This document shows positions 1 to 11,094 of a stretch of DNA of 64,000 nucleotides, piece after piece. Each line of letters starts with the position of its first letter. Position 1 is the first letter of the stretch. Origin of the DNA: a bacterium (GTDB taxonomy: Bacteria > DUMJ01); contig DUMJ01000043.1 of NCBI GenBank assembly GCA_012839925.1, forward strand, positions 21,023 to 85,022, in the 5' to 3' direction. Below the pieces are notes generated by a model. It was not told the origin of the DNA, ran no database searches, and saw only the letters and a program-made list of their open reading frames with translations. Made by a program: the position numbers and the translations under genes.

Positions 1-627
1 CGTATTAAATAGGGTAAGAAGATTAATTCTTGCATTATTTTTGGCTGATTCATATGATATCTGGCTACCCTTTAGACTCAACTGAGCATCCATTAAATTG
101 CTCTCTGTTATAGCTTTTTTGCTGAATTTATCCTGTGCTACACTGAGCTGTTTTTCTGCTAATGAAAGACTTCTCTCTGATAACTCTAGCTCTTTCTGTG
201 CTAATAGTACATTAAAGAACTGTTCAGTAATCTTCAGTTTTAAATTCCTTAACCCGCTGAGATAATTATTCTGTGCCTTATAAAAATTTAACCTTGCAGC
301 CAGCAGAGATGTCCCTGCCGGAGAATTTTCACTGAGATTATATGTCAGGGTTAATGTTGCACTTGGCTGGTCAACCTGAATCGTTCCATTATTTACTGCA
401 CTCTCACCCCTCGTATATCCAACTGTCCCATTGAGCTTCGGCAAGAATAGAGCCTGTGCCTGTTTTAGCTGTGAATCAGCGCTTTCAAGTTGAGCCTTAA
501 GAACTTTTAGTTCAGGTGCATTATCTATATTCTTAAGTGCGGTCTCGAGATTCCAAACCTCTCCAGCCAATGCCAGCCCTGGAATTAAAAGAAATATTAT
601 CAGTAAAATCCTCAAGCTTTTTATCAT
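1..627 (-). CDS. TolC/OEP-family outer-membrane channel protein, N-terminal ~209 aa (gene continues beyond window edge)
   Basis: Absent from the ORF track because the window edge truncates it. A reverse-strand ATG at 627-625 overlaps the htrA stop (ATGA). Translation begins MIKSLRILLIIFLLIPGLALA (signal peptide), followed by Leu/Ala/Gln-rich helical repeats (e.g. ITESNLMDAQLSLKGSQISYESAKNNARINLL) typical of outer-membrane efflux proteins. Confidence 0.4.
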   Translation of the reverse strand, partial: MIKSLRILLIIFLLIPGLALAGEVWNLETALKNIDNAPELKVLKAQLESADSQLKQAQALFLPKLNGTVGYTRGESAVNNGTIQVDQPSATLTLTYNLSENSPAGTSLLAARLNFYKAQNNYLSGLRNLKLKITEQFFNVLLAQKELELSERSLSLAEKQLSVAQDKFSKKAITESNLMDAQLSLKGSQISYESAKNNARINLLTLFNT

Positions 628-1691
628 AAATATCCTCCATTGGTAGCAAATTGCTTTGGTCTTTCATCTATCTGTACTTTTAATTCTAATTTACTGGACT
701 TCCTCATTATCTGTAGCGTTACCGTATTATTTTTAGTTTTTAAAATCTTTAAAAGCAAGGTATTCCATGAATCTATCCTCTCGTTGTCTACTCCTACAAT
801 TACATCTCCAACCTTAAGCCCTGCTCTGTCTGCAGGACTGGATTTGACAACCTCTCCTATAATGACACCATAATCTATCGGAAGACCATAGTAAAGAGCC
901 GTCCTTCGATTCAGTGTTTCTCCTTTTATCCCTAACCATGGATGACTTGCATACCCCTTCTCTATAATGTCTTCAGCTATCTTTTTAGCTACATTACTCG
1001 GTATGGCAAATCCAATACCCTGTGCCCCCTGATATATCGCGGTGTTAATACCTATTATCTCACCATTACTTCCGACCAGCGCACCACCGCTATTACCAGG
1101 ATTTATTGCAGCGTCTGTCTGTATAAGACTTTCTATTATTACTCCCTGATCGGGCTGAATACTTCTCTCCAGGGCACTGACTATCCCTGCTGTTACGGTC
1201 TTTCCAAGTCCAAATGGATTCCCTATGGCGATAGCTATCTGTCCAACTTTAAGCCTGGAAGGATCCGAAAATTTTGCATATGGCAAATCGGTCATATTAA
1301 CCTTGATTACCGCTATATCTGTAAATGGGTCCCTTCCGATGAGCTTCCCTTCCAGAGTTTGTCCATCTTCCAGTGTAACTTTTATACTCTTTGCCCCCTC
1401 TACAACATGGTTATTGGTAATGATATAACCATCTCTACTTATTATCACCCCTGAGCCAGCTCCCTCTGCAGGGATAGGCTGGAAGAAATACTGGACTATA
1501 CTAACTGTACTTATATTCACCACGCTGGGACCAAGCTTTTCTGCAATACTCACATAAATTGCTTCTTCATTTGATAAAAACTCCGTTTGAGCCAGAGCAG
1601 AGTTTATACTGTTCTCTCTATTACCAACATATCCCAGTATTAATCCTCCTAAAAATGCCAGTATAGCTGTGAGAGCTATAATCCTGCGCAT
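624..1691 (-). CDS. htrA: HtrA/DegP-family periplasmic serine protease with C-terminal PDZ domain
   Basis: 355 aa with an N-terminal membrane anchor. Trypsin-fold catalytic motifs are present: ITNNHVV (His), D, and TDAAINPGNSGGALV (Ser). A PDZ-like C-terminal segment follows (GLKVGDVIVGVDNERI). Confidence 0.9.
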   Translation of the reverse strand: MRRIIALTAILAFLGGLILGYVGNRENSINSALAQTEFLSNEEAIYVSIAEKLGPSVVNISTVSIVQYFFQPIPAEGAGSGVIISRDGYIITNNHVVEGAKSIKVTLEDGQTLEGKLIGRDPFTDIAVIKVNMTDLPYAKFSDPSRLKVGQIAIAIGNPFGLGKTVTAGIVSALERSIQPDQGVIIESLIQTDAAINPGNSGGALVGSNGEIIGINTAIYQGAQGIGFAIPSNVAKKIAEDIIEKGYASHPWLGIKGETLNRRTALYYGLPIDYGVIIGEVVKSSPADRAGLKVGDVIVGVDNERIDSWNTLLLKILKTKNNTVTLQIMRKSSKLELKVQIDERPKQFATNGGYL

Positions 1692-1703
1692 ACGACTCCT
1701 CCT

Positions 1704-2696
1704 CTACCTGATGCTTTTTATCAATTCTTCTATTATATCTCTTTCTACCATTCCTATCACTAGAAAGCTCTCTTTTTTATAATTCCAGGCGAACCCGTTT
1801 ATGCTATCAATCTGCCAGTAGGAATACCTTATACCATCTGTTGTAATCTTTTTAGAAGAGGGTGGGATGGGTGGTAGACTCTCAAGATTGAAGACCATAA
1901 AATTTTTAATCCCATCGGAGAATTGACAGGCTATACCTCCGGGAACCTCTTTTATACCTATACACTCATATCCTTTCTTTTGAAAAGAGTAAGGGATCTC
2001 TGGACCATACTTTCCAGCTTCCTCTAAAGGTATGAATTTTTCTTTATGTTCTATTACCCTGAACTCTTCCTTTGGTTTTATCCATACAAATAACCTTTCA
2101 TTGGGAATAACGTTAAAGTCTATGTCTGTATAAAAACTATACTCGTATATTTTCCCATCAGGGAGATATTTTTCTCTCTTAAGTATTACATTGGTCTGAT
2201 TATCTATCCAGAGGATAAGTAGTGGAAACCTGCCATCTGCCGGATAAACAGATATCCTGGACACATCTCTACCTAGATATTTATCTGAAGAGCTAACAAG
2301 GTTATAATTTCTTAGTATAAGTTTTAGAAGCTTATTATGAGATTCCCTCTGAGAGGGTTCAAATATAGAAGGACTTATGGTTAGCACCTTCTTCTGTGAT
2401 TGATAGTAGTAGCTTCTGGTGCCATCGTCTATTAGAAGGTCCCCCACTAAAAATGGAGGGAATATATACTCTCTTCTAAACTTATTCTCTGAGAGAGAGA
2501 ATACTCTACTTATGGTAACATTAAATTTATCTCGGACATACATTCCTGTAGTTTCAGTTGCTATAAAGTTTATCTTACCATCAATGTTCCATGCAGTAGT
2601 TAATATATCTGAAGGGGTCTTATCAGCTGCTAATAATTGGGATGTTATAGCCACAGTAAAGATTAATACAAAAAATAAATTGAGTAATTTCTTCAC
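1704..2696 (-). CDS. Secreted LolA-fold / RseB(MucB)-like protein, putative sigma-E pathway component
   Basis: 330 aa with signal peptide MKKLLNLFFVLIFTVAITSQLLA. No strong motif was recognised. The call rests on size and on position between an anti-sigma gene (4-nt ATGA overlap) and htrA, mirroring rpoE-rseA-rseB. Confidence 0.35.
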   Translation of the reverse strand: MKKLLNLFFVLIFTVAITSQLLAADKTPSDILTTAWNIDGKINFIATETTGMYVRDKFNVTISRVFSLSENKFRREYIFPPFLVGDLLIDDGTRSYYYQSQKKVLTISPSIFEPSQRESHNKLLKLILRNYNLVSSSDKYLGRDVSRISVYPADGRFPLLILWIDNQTNVILKREKYLPDGKIYEYSFYTDIDFNVIPNERLFVWIKPKEEFRVIEHKEKFIPLEEAGKYGPEIPYSFQKKGYECIGIKEVPGGIACQFSDGIKNFMVFNLESLPPIPPSSKKITTDGIRYSYWQIDSINGFAWNYKKESFLVIGMVERDIIEELIKSIR

Positions 2697-3148
2697 CTGG
2701 CAGTCTCTCCTGTAGAACTTATAGCTGTAATTAGTCCCGGGTCATTCCCTGCTATATGTCTACCCGATGTCTCTATATATTCTTGAAGATAAGTGTCAAG
2801 ACTGGCATAAGATTGTGCAGGCTCATTTTGACCAGGCTGATACTTGAAAGTTACTAGGAAGAGAAGTATTCCCCCTAATGCAAAACCTATTGCCAGTTTA
2901 AGTCCAAGGTGGTGTCTTTTCCTCGTGCTTTCTCTCTCTATTTTTTCTATAACTTGAGCCTCAAAATAAGGACCAGCCTCTAAGACGGGGAAAGATTCCA
3001 TCAGCCCGTGGATTCTTTCTATCTTCCTCAGCTCTGAAGCACAAGAGTTACAGTATTTAAGATGCTCTTTTATCTTAAGCATCTTATCTTCAGATAATTC
3101 CCCATCAAAATATGCTGAAAGTGATCTTTTTACTTCATTACACCTCAC
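2693..3148 (-). CDS. Zinc-finger (HxxxCxxC) transmembrane anti-sigma factor
   Basis: 151 aa. The N-terminus carries an HLKYCNSC zf-HC2-type motif. A single TM helix is present (LKLAIGFALGGILLFLVTF). The start overlaps the upstream ECF sigma gene by 11 nt. Confidence 0.65.
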   Translation of the reverse strand: MRCNEVKRSLSAYFDGELSEDKMLKIKEHLKYCNSCASELRKIERIHGLMESFPVLEAGPYFEAQVIEKIERESTRKRHHLGLKLAIGFALGGILLFLVTFKYQPGQNEPAQSYASLDTYLQEYIETSGRHIAGNDPGLITAISSTGETAR

Positions 3149-3725
3149 TTTCTTCTGTTACCTCCTCCACAGTCCTGAGGTCACTTAAGAGAGTCTTTAA
3201 CTTCATTCTGGCTCTGTATATTCTGGATTCCACAGTCCCGATAGGTATATTTAACATCTTGCTGATCTCCTCATAGGACAGGTCTTCAAGTTCTCTTAAT
3301 ACAAAAACTACTCTGAGTTCTTCCGGCAGGCTTGCTACCGCCTTCCTTATCTTCTCCTGGATCTCCATCCTTTCTGCTGTTTCTTCTGGATCATAATAAC
3401 TGTTTTGAGGTATTGTGAGCCAGACCCCATCTTCCAGATTCTCTTCTTTATGAGACTTACTCCTAAATTTGTCCCTGCATAAGTTTATAGCTATCTTTGA
3501 TAACCAGGTAGAAAACTTACTTTCCTCTCTAAATTTCTTTATATTATTATAAGCCTTTATAAAGGTTTCTTGTGCTATATCTTCAGCGTCTTCTGAATAA
3601 CCCAGAGTTCTGTATACCAGATTTAAAATATACCTTTCATATCTTTTTACCAGTTCACTGAACGCAGATACATCGCCCTTTTTAGCCATTTTAATTAGTA
3701 TCTCTTCAGGTTCTTCTCTCTTCAT
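3138..3725 (-). CDS. ECF (sigma-70 family, sigma-24/RpoE-like) RNA polymerase sigma factor
   Basis: 195 aa. Region 2 (ETFIKAYNNIKKFREESKFSTWLSKIAINLCRDKFR) and region 4 HTH (LSYEEISKMLNIPIGTVESRIYRARMKL) are recognisable. Confidence 0.9.
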   Translation of the reverse strand: MKREEPEEILIKMAKKGDVSAFSELVKRYERYILNLVYRTLGYSEDAEDIAQETFIKAYNNIKKFREESKFSTWLSKIAINLCRDKFRSKSHKEENLEDGVWLTIPQNSYYDPEETAERMEIQEKIRKAVASLPEELRVVFVLRELEDLSYEEISKMLNIPIGTVESRIYRARMKLKTLLSDLRTVEEVTEESEV

Positions 3726-3756
3726 CTTTAACCTCTATTTTAGATTTCTAAATTAA

Positions 3757-3784
3757 GAGACGGAAATCAACCCCAAAATATTCC
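3757..3784 (-). promoter_or_regulatory. Candidate ECF-type autoregulatory promoter (-35 GGAAAT, ~18-nt spacer, -10 CGTCT) upstream of the sigma operon
   Basis: The minus strand reads aattccGGAAATattttggggttgatttcCGTCTcttaat about 35 nt upstream of the sigma start codon. This resembles the GGAAC...CGTC architecture of ECF promoters. Confidence 0.3.
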
Positions 3785-3894
3785 GGAATTTTAAAATCTA
3801 TACAACAGTATTTATTATACAACAATAATGTGATAATATAGAGATAAACTGAAGAGATGCTGTAATTTGCATAAATATTTGGTTATAGGAGGAA

Positions 3895-4953
3895 ATGAAA
3901 ATGGAGATTGAGAAGATGTTTTATGGTTTGACAAGGGATGAGGTTCCTGTCTATCAATATATGCTCATAAATAATAATGGGCTCATTTCAAAGGTTATAC
4001 CTTACGGTTGTGCCATTACCGAATTATGGGTACCGGATAAGAATGGATTACTTGAGGATATAGTGCTTGGCTTTGATACTATAAGTGAATATGAAAACAA
4101 TACCCCATATCTTGGTTGTATCGCCGGACGTTATGGTAATCGAATAGCTAGGGGTAGATTTACCATTGATGGAGTAACTTATCAGCTCGCCCTGAATGAG
4201 AAGGATAAATCAAATCATCTCCATGGAGGGGTTAAAGGTTTTAGAGATGTTGTCTTCAAGGCTATCCCCATGAAAACTCCATATGGACCTGCTCTCAGGA
4301 TGAAATATTTAAGTCATGATGGGGAAGAGGGGTATCCCGGGAACTTAGATGTGACTGTAACATATACTCTTACAAATGACAACGAATTCAGAATAGATTA
4401 TTTTGCTACTACTGATAAACCGACCATACTTAATCTTACCAATCATACCTACTTTAATCTTGCAGGTAACTGCTCCAGAGATATCTTAGAGCATGAACTT
4501 ATGCTTAATGCAGATTATTATACACCGGTTGATGAATATTTGATACCAACAGGAGATATTGCACCGGTAAAAGATTTTGCTATCGACTTTACTGATCCGA
4601 GGAAGATAGGGGAGAGAATAGGCGAGTATAGCAACCCACCATTTGGGGGTTATGACCATAACTTCATAATAAACAGAAAAAAAAGTGGAATTAATCTGGC
4701 TGGTATTCTTAAAGAGTATACTACTGGAAGAGTGATGGAGGTATACACTACAGAACCAGCTATAGTACTTTATACTGGAAACTGGCTGGATATTAAAGGC
4801 AAGGGTGGAAGATTTTACAGCAGATATTCAGGGCTCTGCTTGGAGACACAGCATTGTCCTGATTCTCCAAATCATCCAAACTTTCCATCTACTATCTTAA
4901 GACCAGGAGAATCATTCTCTTCCACAACCGTATACAAATTTGGCATAATCTAG
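3895..4953 (+). CDS. galM: Aldose 1-epimerase (galactose mutarotase)
   Basis: 352 aa with classic mutarotase motifs: GCIAGRYGNRIARGRFTIDGVTYQLALNE...NHLHGG and HTYFNL. The RBS is aggagg. Confidence 0.85.
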   Translation: MKMEIEKMFYGLTRDEVPVYQYMLINNNGLISKVIPYGCAITELWVPDKNGLLEDIVLGFDTISEYENNTPYLGCIAGRYGNRIARGRFTIDGVTYQLALNEKDKSNHLHGGVKGFRDVVFKAIPMKTPYGPALRMKYLSHDGEEGYPGNLDVTVTYTLTNDNEFRIDYFATTDKPTILNLTNHTYFNLAGNCSRDILEHELMLNADYYTPVDEYLIPTGDIAPVKDFAIDFTDPRKIGERIGEYSNPPFGGYDHNFIINRKKSGINLAGILKEYTTGRVMEVYTTEPAIVLYTGNWLDIKGKGGRFYSRYSGLCLETQHCPDSPNHPNFPSTILRPGESFSSTTVYKFGII

Positions 4954-4960
4954 GAGAAGT

Positions 4961-5977
4961 ATGATGAAGGCGGTTTATTTAGAGAGACCAGAAGATATTT
5001 ATATAAAGGAGATAGATGAGCCCCTCTGTCCTGCAGGTTATGCCAGGGTAAGGGTAAGAGCAGTAGGTATCTGTGGTTCTGACATCTCTGCGTATAAAGG
5101 TACCTCTCCAATGTGCACTTATCCTAGGATAATAGGGCATGAGGTGGTGGGAGACATAGTAGAAGTAAATAGCAGTTCTTCTCAACTTAAGGTTGGAGAT
5201 AGAGTGATTCTTGAACCGTATATTTACTGTGGGAAATGTTACCCCTGTCTGAATGGAAGGACAAATTCCTGTGAAAATCTGAAAGTTCTTGGCGTTCATA
5301 TAGATGGGGGTATGACCGAGTATATATCGCATCCGGTCCATCTTATCCATAAATTGCCCGAGAAACTTTCTGATGAGGAATGGGTAATGGTTGAACCTCT
5401 TTCTATAGCAATGCATGCTCTTCACAGGTTAAAGGTAAAGGAGGGAGAACACATAGCAATTTTTGGCGGGGGACAGATAGGGAACCTTGCTGCCCAGAGC
5501 GCCCTGATTATTGGTGCTATCCCGATCCTTATAGATTTACTGGATGAAAGACTGGGAAAAGCCAGAGAAGTCGGCATAGAAAATGTCCTTAATCCTCAGA
5601 AAGATAACATTATGGAGAAAATAAAAGAAATTACCGGTGGAAGAATGGCTGAATGCGTTGTGGAGGCTACTGGAGCCTTGTCTGCAATAAGAACTACGCT
5701 TGATGTGGTAGCCTGCACAGGTAGGATTGCCTTTGTTGGCTGGCCTAGCCAGGAGATAAGTCTTCCTACAGCGTTAATAACCAGAAAGGAGCTTGATATA
5801 TATGGCTCTAGAAATAGTGTGGGAGAATTCCCTGGTGCGATAGATTTTATATCTACCGGTAGAGTCGATGTGAAACCCGTTATAAGTAAGGTGGTCTCTC
5901 TTGAAGAGATACCTGAATATGTAAGAATACTTGCAGAAGAGCCAGGTAGATTTCTGAAAGTAATTGGTAAGTTATAG
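4961..5977 (+). CDS. Zn-dependent medium-chain dehydrogenase/reductase (sorbitol/threonine/galactitol-1-P dehydrogenase-like)
   Basis: 338 aa. It carries GICGSDISAYKG...GHEVVGDIVEV, a structural-Zn Cys cluster (CGKCYPCLNGRTNSC) and a Rossmann motif (IFGGGQIGNLAAQ). Confidence 0.8.
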   Translation: MMKAVYLERPEDIYIKEIDEPLCPAGYARVRVRAVGICGSDISAYKGTSPMCTYPRIIGHEVVGDIVEVNSSSSQLKVGDRVILEPYIYCGKCYPCLNGRTNSCENLKVLGVHIDGGMTEYISHPVHLIHKLPEKLSDEEWVMVEPLSIAMHALHRLKVKEGEHIAIFGGGQIGNLAAQSALIIGAIPILIDLLDERLGKAREVGIENVLNPQKDNIMEKIKEITGGRMAECVVEATGALSAIRTTLDVVACTGRIAFVGWPSQEISLPTALITRKELDIYGSRNSVGEFPGAIDFISTGRVDVKPVISKVVSLEEIPEYVRILAEEPGRFLKVIGKL

Positions 5978-5982
5978 GGGGT

Positions 5983-6831
5983 ATGTCGATGAAAATATTA
6001 AGGAAGCTTTTCATTTTATCTCTGTTATTTTTTCTTACCTCAAATATATATCCAGCCACTGTTGTAAGGGGTAGAGTTACAGTAAAGGGTTCTGATACGA
6101 TGGTTATACTTGTTCAGTTATTGGCAGAAGAGTATATGACAAGATATAGAGGTAAGATTATTCAGGTAACAGGAGGTGGAACTGGAATAGGTGTTGCCGG
6201 ACTTATAAATAAGGTTACTGATATAGCTAATGCGTCGAGACCTTTGACGTCGGAGGAGAGAGAGCGGATAAAGAAAGCCTGGGGAAAAGAACCAAAGGAA
6301 GTAAAGATCGCCCTGGATGGTATCACTATATATGTTCATCCTGAGAATCCGATTAAAGAGATCTCTCTGGAACAGCTGAAGAGCATATATACAGGTAAAG
6401 TTAAAAGCTGGAAAGATTTTGGATGGGAGGATAGACCAATAATAGTTTATACACGCGAAAATAATTCTGGTACATATGTATTTTTTAAAGAACACGTGTT
6501 GGATAATGAAGACTATACTAACAGAGCGCAGAGTTTACCCGGGACAGGGGCTGTGGTGGATGCAGTTTCAAAAGAAAGATATTCTATAGGTTATGGTGGA
6601 GTGGCTTACTCTAAAGGGGTAAAGATATTGCCTGTAAAGACCGACAATAAATCTAAGGCGTATCTACCAACAGAGGCTAATATAAGAAAAGGATTATATC
6701 CTATAAGTAGAGCCCTGTATATGTATACCTGTAACTATGATGATCCAGATGTGAAATCTTTTATAGATTGGATTTTGACTCCTGACGGGCAAAAGATTGT
6801 ATCCAAAGTTGGTTACTTCCCATTGAAGTGA
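5983..6831 (+). CDS. PstS-family periplasmic phosphate-binding protein (orphan, no pstCAB adjacent)
   Basis: 282 aa with a signal peptide. PBP_like_2 motifs are present: KGSDTM, VTGGGTGIGVAGL, DIANASRPLTSEE, DGITIYVHPENPI and LEQLKSIYTGKVKSWKDFG. Confidence 0.7.
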   Translation: MSMKILRKLFILSLLFFLTSNIYPATVVRGRVTVKGSDTMVILVQLLAEEYMTRYRGKIIQVTGGGTGIGVAGLINKVTDIANASRPLTSEERERIKKAWGKEPKEVKIALDGITIYVHPENPIKEISLEQLKSIYTGKVKSWKDFGWEDRPIIVYTRENNSGTYVFFKEHVLDNEDYTNRAQSLPGTGAVVDAVSKERYSIGYGGVAYSKGVKILPVKTDNKSKAYLPTEANIRKGLYPISRALYMYTCNYDDPDVKSFIDWILTPDGQKIVSKVGYFPLK

Positions 6832-6835
6832 TCTG

Positions 6836-7794
<959 letters not shown>

Positions 7795-7942
7795 TATCTT
7801 AGTCTCCAATATTTTCAGGAAAATTCTAGCAGGGTCTTGATGTCTTTATTAAGATAATACAGCAAAACTAAGCTCCATTCTACCTTTCCAAGTTCTATTT
7901 TTATGATATAATATCCAAAAATGTGGAAAGGGGTGACTGGTA

Positions 7943-9910
7943 ATGTTCGAACTGGGGCGTAAGGGTTCATTAAAGACCAATCTTATTGTGTGGTTCCTTA
8001 TCCTTTCTCTTGTCCCTCTATCTCTGCTAGGTTATCTTGGATATTCCAGATTTAAAAGTTCTCTGGAGGATGTAAATGTAAAAGCTCTCTCTAATTTGTC
8101 TTATACTCAGGCTGAAGCTATAAGGAATCTTCTCGAAGAAAATCTGTCAAAGCTGGAGATGATTTCGGGGAGAACAGACCTTATAATGAGCAGATTGGAG
8201 GAATACGCAAAAAGGAATCCAAATTGGGAGAGTATTTTTATGACTGACAACAGAGGGATGGGGCTAACCACCAATGGAACCAGTATAGATGTATCGGATA
8301 GAGATTACTTTAAGACTGTAATGAGTACAGCTAAATCTATGATATCAAGTGATATATCACCGGATACTAAAACCCCTGTTATTGTTCTTGCCGCACCTAT
8401 TGTTGATCCCAGCGGTAATCCGTATGGGGTTCTTGGAGTAAATTATAAGCTCAAACCAATAATTGAAAAGTGTAAATCGGCTAAGGTTTCTCAGGATGGC
8501 TATGGGGTTATTATCAGGGATGATGGATTGATTCTTGCCTATCCTGAGGAGTCAGAGATTTTGAAGACAAATTTGTTGCAGTCTGATTCTGAAAGTCTGA
8601 AAAAGATGATTGAGAAGGCTTTAAATGGAGAAATGGGGGTTTCAAGATATGATTATGAGGGGATACGCAAGATAGGTGCTTATACCCCTTTAGGTATTAA
8701 TAAATGGGTATTCTGGGTACAGGAACCAGAGACGAGTATATTTGCTCAGGCCAGTGCAATGCTTAATTTTATTCTTATTGTTTTTATTGTAACAACCCTG
8801 GCGGTTCTTATAGTTTCTTATCTTGTGGGGGTAAACATTGCTGATCCAATAGTTAAGCTTGCCGGTATTGCTGATTCGATTGCCCAGGGTAATCTTGCTA
8901 CCAAAATAGAAGGAAATTTTAGAAGTGAAACAGCCAGACTTGCAGAAAGTCTGGCTAAAATGGTCGATAATTTTTCCGCTATAATTATCACAGCAGAGGA
9001 GACATCCAATGATATAAGTTCCACAGGCAACCAGATAAATGATTTTACAAATCAAACTGTTCAGGCAATTCAGCAGATTTCAGCTACCATTCAGGGTATA
9101 GCGAATGGGGCGCAGGAGACAGCAAGAAATATACAGGAGGTATCACAGGCTGTAGAGAGCATGAGTGAGAGGGTAGTTGGACTGGCTAAAGACGCTGAAA
9201 CAGTTTCGAATAGTAACAATGAAACTGTAAGGTTAGTTCAGGAAGGTCAGCTTGTAGTGGACGATTTAAATAAAGGGTTCAATGATATCTCCTCTGCCAC
9301 AGGGTCTGTGGTTGATGCCACATCTGAACTTGAGAGACTTGCCAATGAGATAGGTCGTATTGTTGAGGCTATAACTGCCATAAGTTCTCAGACTAATCTT
9401 TTAGCTCTCAATGCAGCCATAGAGGCTGCCAGGGCAGGGGAGGCTGGACGTGGATTTGCCGTAGTAGCAGATGAGGTAAGAAAACTTGCCGAAGAATCTA
9501 GTAGGAGTGCTCAGCAGATAGCAGCTTTTATTGAGCAGGTGAGGTCTCAGATAAAGAGAACAGCTGAGAGTATAAATAATACATTGGCTATAATGGATAG
9601 ACAGGTAGAAATAGGTTCCAGAGTTACTGACACGTTTGTTAACATAAGAGAAGGGGCTGAATCAGCCCTTAGAGCTGTTCAGGGTATAGCTCTAACGATC
9701 TCATCCCTTACTGAAGAGAGTAGAAGGATATCGGAATCTGTGCAGAGTATCGCAGCTATAGCAGAAGAGAATGCTGCTTCTACTGAAGAGGTTTCTGCTG
9801 CGGTAGAAGAGGTAAATGCCTCTGTAGAAGAGATAAATAAGAGTATAAGTAATTTGAGTAATTTAGCAAACAGCTTGAATGAGATTATATCCAGATTTAC
9901 TGTCAGTTAA
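7943..9910 (+). CDS. Methyl-accepting chemotaxis protein (dCache-type sensor, HAMP, MCP signalling domain)
   Basis: 655 aa with two TM segments flanking a ~250-aa periplasmic domain. A HAMP domain is present. The highly conserved MCP core [34 protein letters not shown] is present. Confidence 0.9.
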   Translation: MFELGRKGSLKTNLIVWFLILSLVPLSLLGYLGYSRFKSSLEDVNVKALSNLSYTQAEAIRNLLEENLSKLEMISGRTDLIMSRLEEYAKRNPNWESIFMTDNRGMGLTTNGTSIDVSDRDYFKTVMSTAKSMISSDISPDTKTPVIVLAAPIVDPSGNPYGVLGVNYKLKPIIEKCKSAKVSQDGYGVIIRDDGLILAYPEESEILKTNLLQSDSESLKKMIEKALNGEMGVSRYDYEGIRKIGAYTPLGINKWVFWVQEPETSIFAQASAMLNFILIVFIVTTLAVLIVSYLVGVNIADPIVKLAGIADSIAQGNLATKIEGNFRSETARLAESLAKMVDNFSAIIITAEETSNDISSTGNQINDFTNQTVQAIQQISATIQGIANGAQETARNIQEVSQAVESMSERVVGLAKDAETVSNSNNETVRLVQEGQLVVDDLNKGFNDISSATGSVVDATSELERLANEIGRIVEAITAISSQTNLLALNAAIEAARAGEAGRGFAVVADEVRKLAEESSRSAQQIAAFIEQVRSQIKRTAESINNTLAIMDRQVEIGSRVTDTFVNIREGAESALRAVQGIALTISSLTEESRRISESVQSIAAIAEENAASTEEVSAAVEEVNASVEEINKSISNLSNLANSLNEIISRFTVS

Positions 9911-9924
9911 TGCTGGGAAAATTA

Positions 9925-9958
9925 CAGCCCCCTGATCCCTCAGGGGGCTGTTTATTTG
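9925..9958. terminator. Intrinsic terminator (10-bp GC stem cagccccctg/cagggggctg, then tttatttg), probably bidirectional between the MCP gene and the convergent creatininase-like gene
   Basis: The hairpin and T-run are seen directly. The A/T-rich 5' flank gives a weaker U-tract on the opposite strand. Confidence 0.7.
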
Positions 9959-9969
9959 TCATTGAAGAC

Positions 9970-11088
9970 TTAAAAACCTATCTTTGGAAGAGAATATACT
10001 GTCTTCCAGCCTTCTGATTCTGGCTCCTTAAGATATGGTTCCATCTCCTTTGCTGATCTCAGAGTTACTTCTTCTACTGGAGGAACTTTACCAGGGGGAA
10101 ATACTTCCAGTATTTGGTCTATAACTAGGGTTAGATATTTCAGGATTGCTGCCACAGGTCTTTTTGCTTTCCTAGCTGAACCTGCAGTAGCCCTACCTAC
10201 GACCCCTTCTGGTTGTGCGAATATCTCTATAGGGGCATGTCCTTCACCCTCAGACCACCTGTGTGGTCTGTGGTATGGCTCTACAGATTTATCAAAATGC
10301 CCATCAGGTAGATAACTCTGTCCTTTACCAACCGTGTCCTCCGCCAGACTCATATCTACCATACCTTCAGGAAACAGGAGAAGCCCTAGAGATGTCTCTG
10401 ATTCGTCTGCGTGAACGAATGGGGTTTCCACAGTATCAGGTTTACCCTTCGGATAGAAAAATTCCCTTACCGCTCTATGCCAGTCTAATACCTGGAAGAT
10501 ACCTGGTAACTGATATCTATACATAAATTCATGAAGGGCAGATTCCAGTACCCATAGCTGTCCATGATTGTTTATAAAAATCTGTTTTCTGAATCCATCG
10601 TTCCATAAACCTAACATTACATTTACTAAAAGCTCTTTTACCACTTCCTGAGGAATAATTACTGTTCCGGGCATTCCGATATGGTGATACGGATGTGCTC
10701 CATAATTCAATGGTGACCATACAAGATTTACTGGGTGCCCCTGTTTCTCTGTATATCTTCTTACGCCTTCTGCAATCTGTGTTACTACCAGTGTATCCAA
10801 CCCAGAGATTGTATGTCTGCCATGTTTTTCAGTGCAGCCTAAAGGGATCAGTACTATATCGTTCTTTCTCCTATTTTCTATCACCTGCTGTCTTACAGTG
10901 GTCTGTATGTATGTTCCGGGTTTTCCGAGTTCAGGTAGAGATGGGATACCGTAATCTTCTAAAATCTTGTCTATCTCTTCCTCACTGGCGTCCCATATCT
11001 TCTTCTTCAACCTTCCAACCTCAGTATTTTCAAACACTATTCCTGGATTTTCTGTTGTTAACCAGAGTCCATTCTGCATATCTATCAC
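9970..11088 (-). CDS. Creatininase-family metal-dependent amidohydrolase with N- and C-terminal extensions
   Basis: 372 aa. IVLIPLGCTEKHGRHTISGLD matches the creatininase LPxGxxEQHGxH motif. IFINNHGQ matches the creatininase VLMNGHYEN region. It is ~110 aa longer than canonical family members. Confidence 0.65.
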   Translation of the reverse strand: MIDMQNGLWLTTENPGIVFENTEVGRLKKKIWDASEEEIDKILEDYGIPSLPELGKPGTYIQTTVRQQVIENRRKNDIVLIPLGCTEKHGRHTISGLDTLVVTQIAEGVRRYTEKQGHPVNLVWSPLNYGAHPYHHIGMPGTVIIPQEVVKELLVNVMLGLWNDGFRKQIFINNHGQLWVLESALHEFMYRYQLPGIFQVLDWHRAVREFFYPKGKPDTVETPFVHADESETSLGLLLFPEGMVDMSLAEDTVGKGQSYLPDGHFDKSVEPYHRPHRWSEGEGHAPIEIFAQPEGVVGRATAGSARKAKRPVAAILKYLTLVIDQILEVFPPGKVPPVEEVTLRSAKEMEPYLKEPESEGWKTVYSLPKIGF

Positions 11089-11094
11089 CCCCTC

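Noticed and set aside
640-1454. Plus-strand ORFs (640-873, 942-1454, 1225-1428) antisense to htrA
   Set aside because: They lie entirely within a strongly supported HtrA coding sequence on the opposite strand. They show low-complexity, Cys/Tyr-rich translations and no RBS, so they are spurious antisense ORFs. The same holds for the other short antisense ORFs in the track: 4979-5425, 6118-6495, 8690-9055, 10263-11488, 13375-14756, 19543-20435, 24099-24439, 31471-33919, 41870-42595, 44724-46462, 56561-57909 and 59062-61479.
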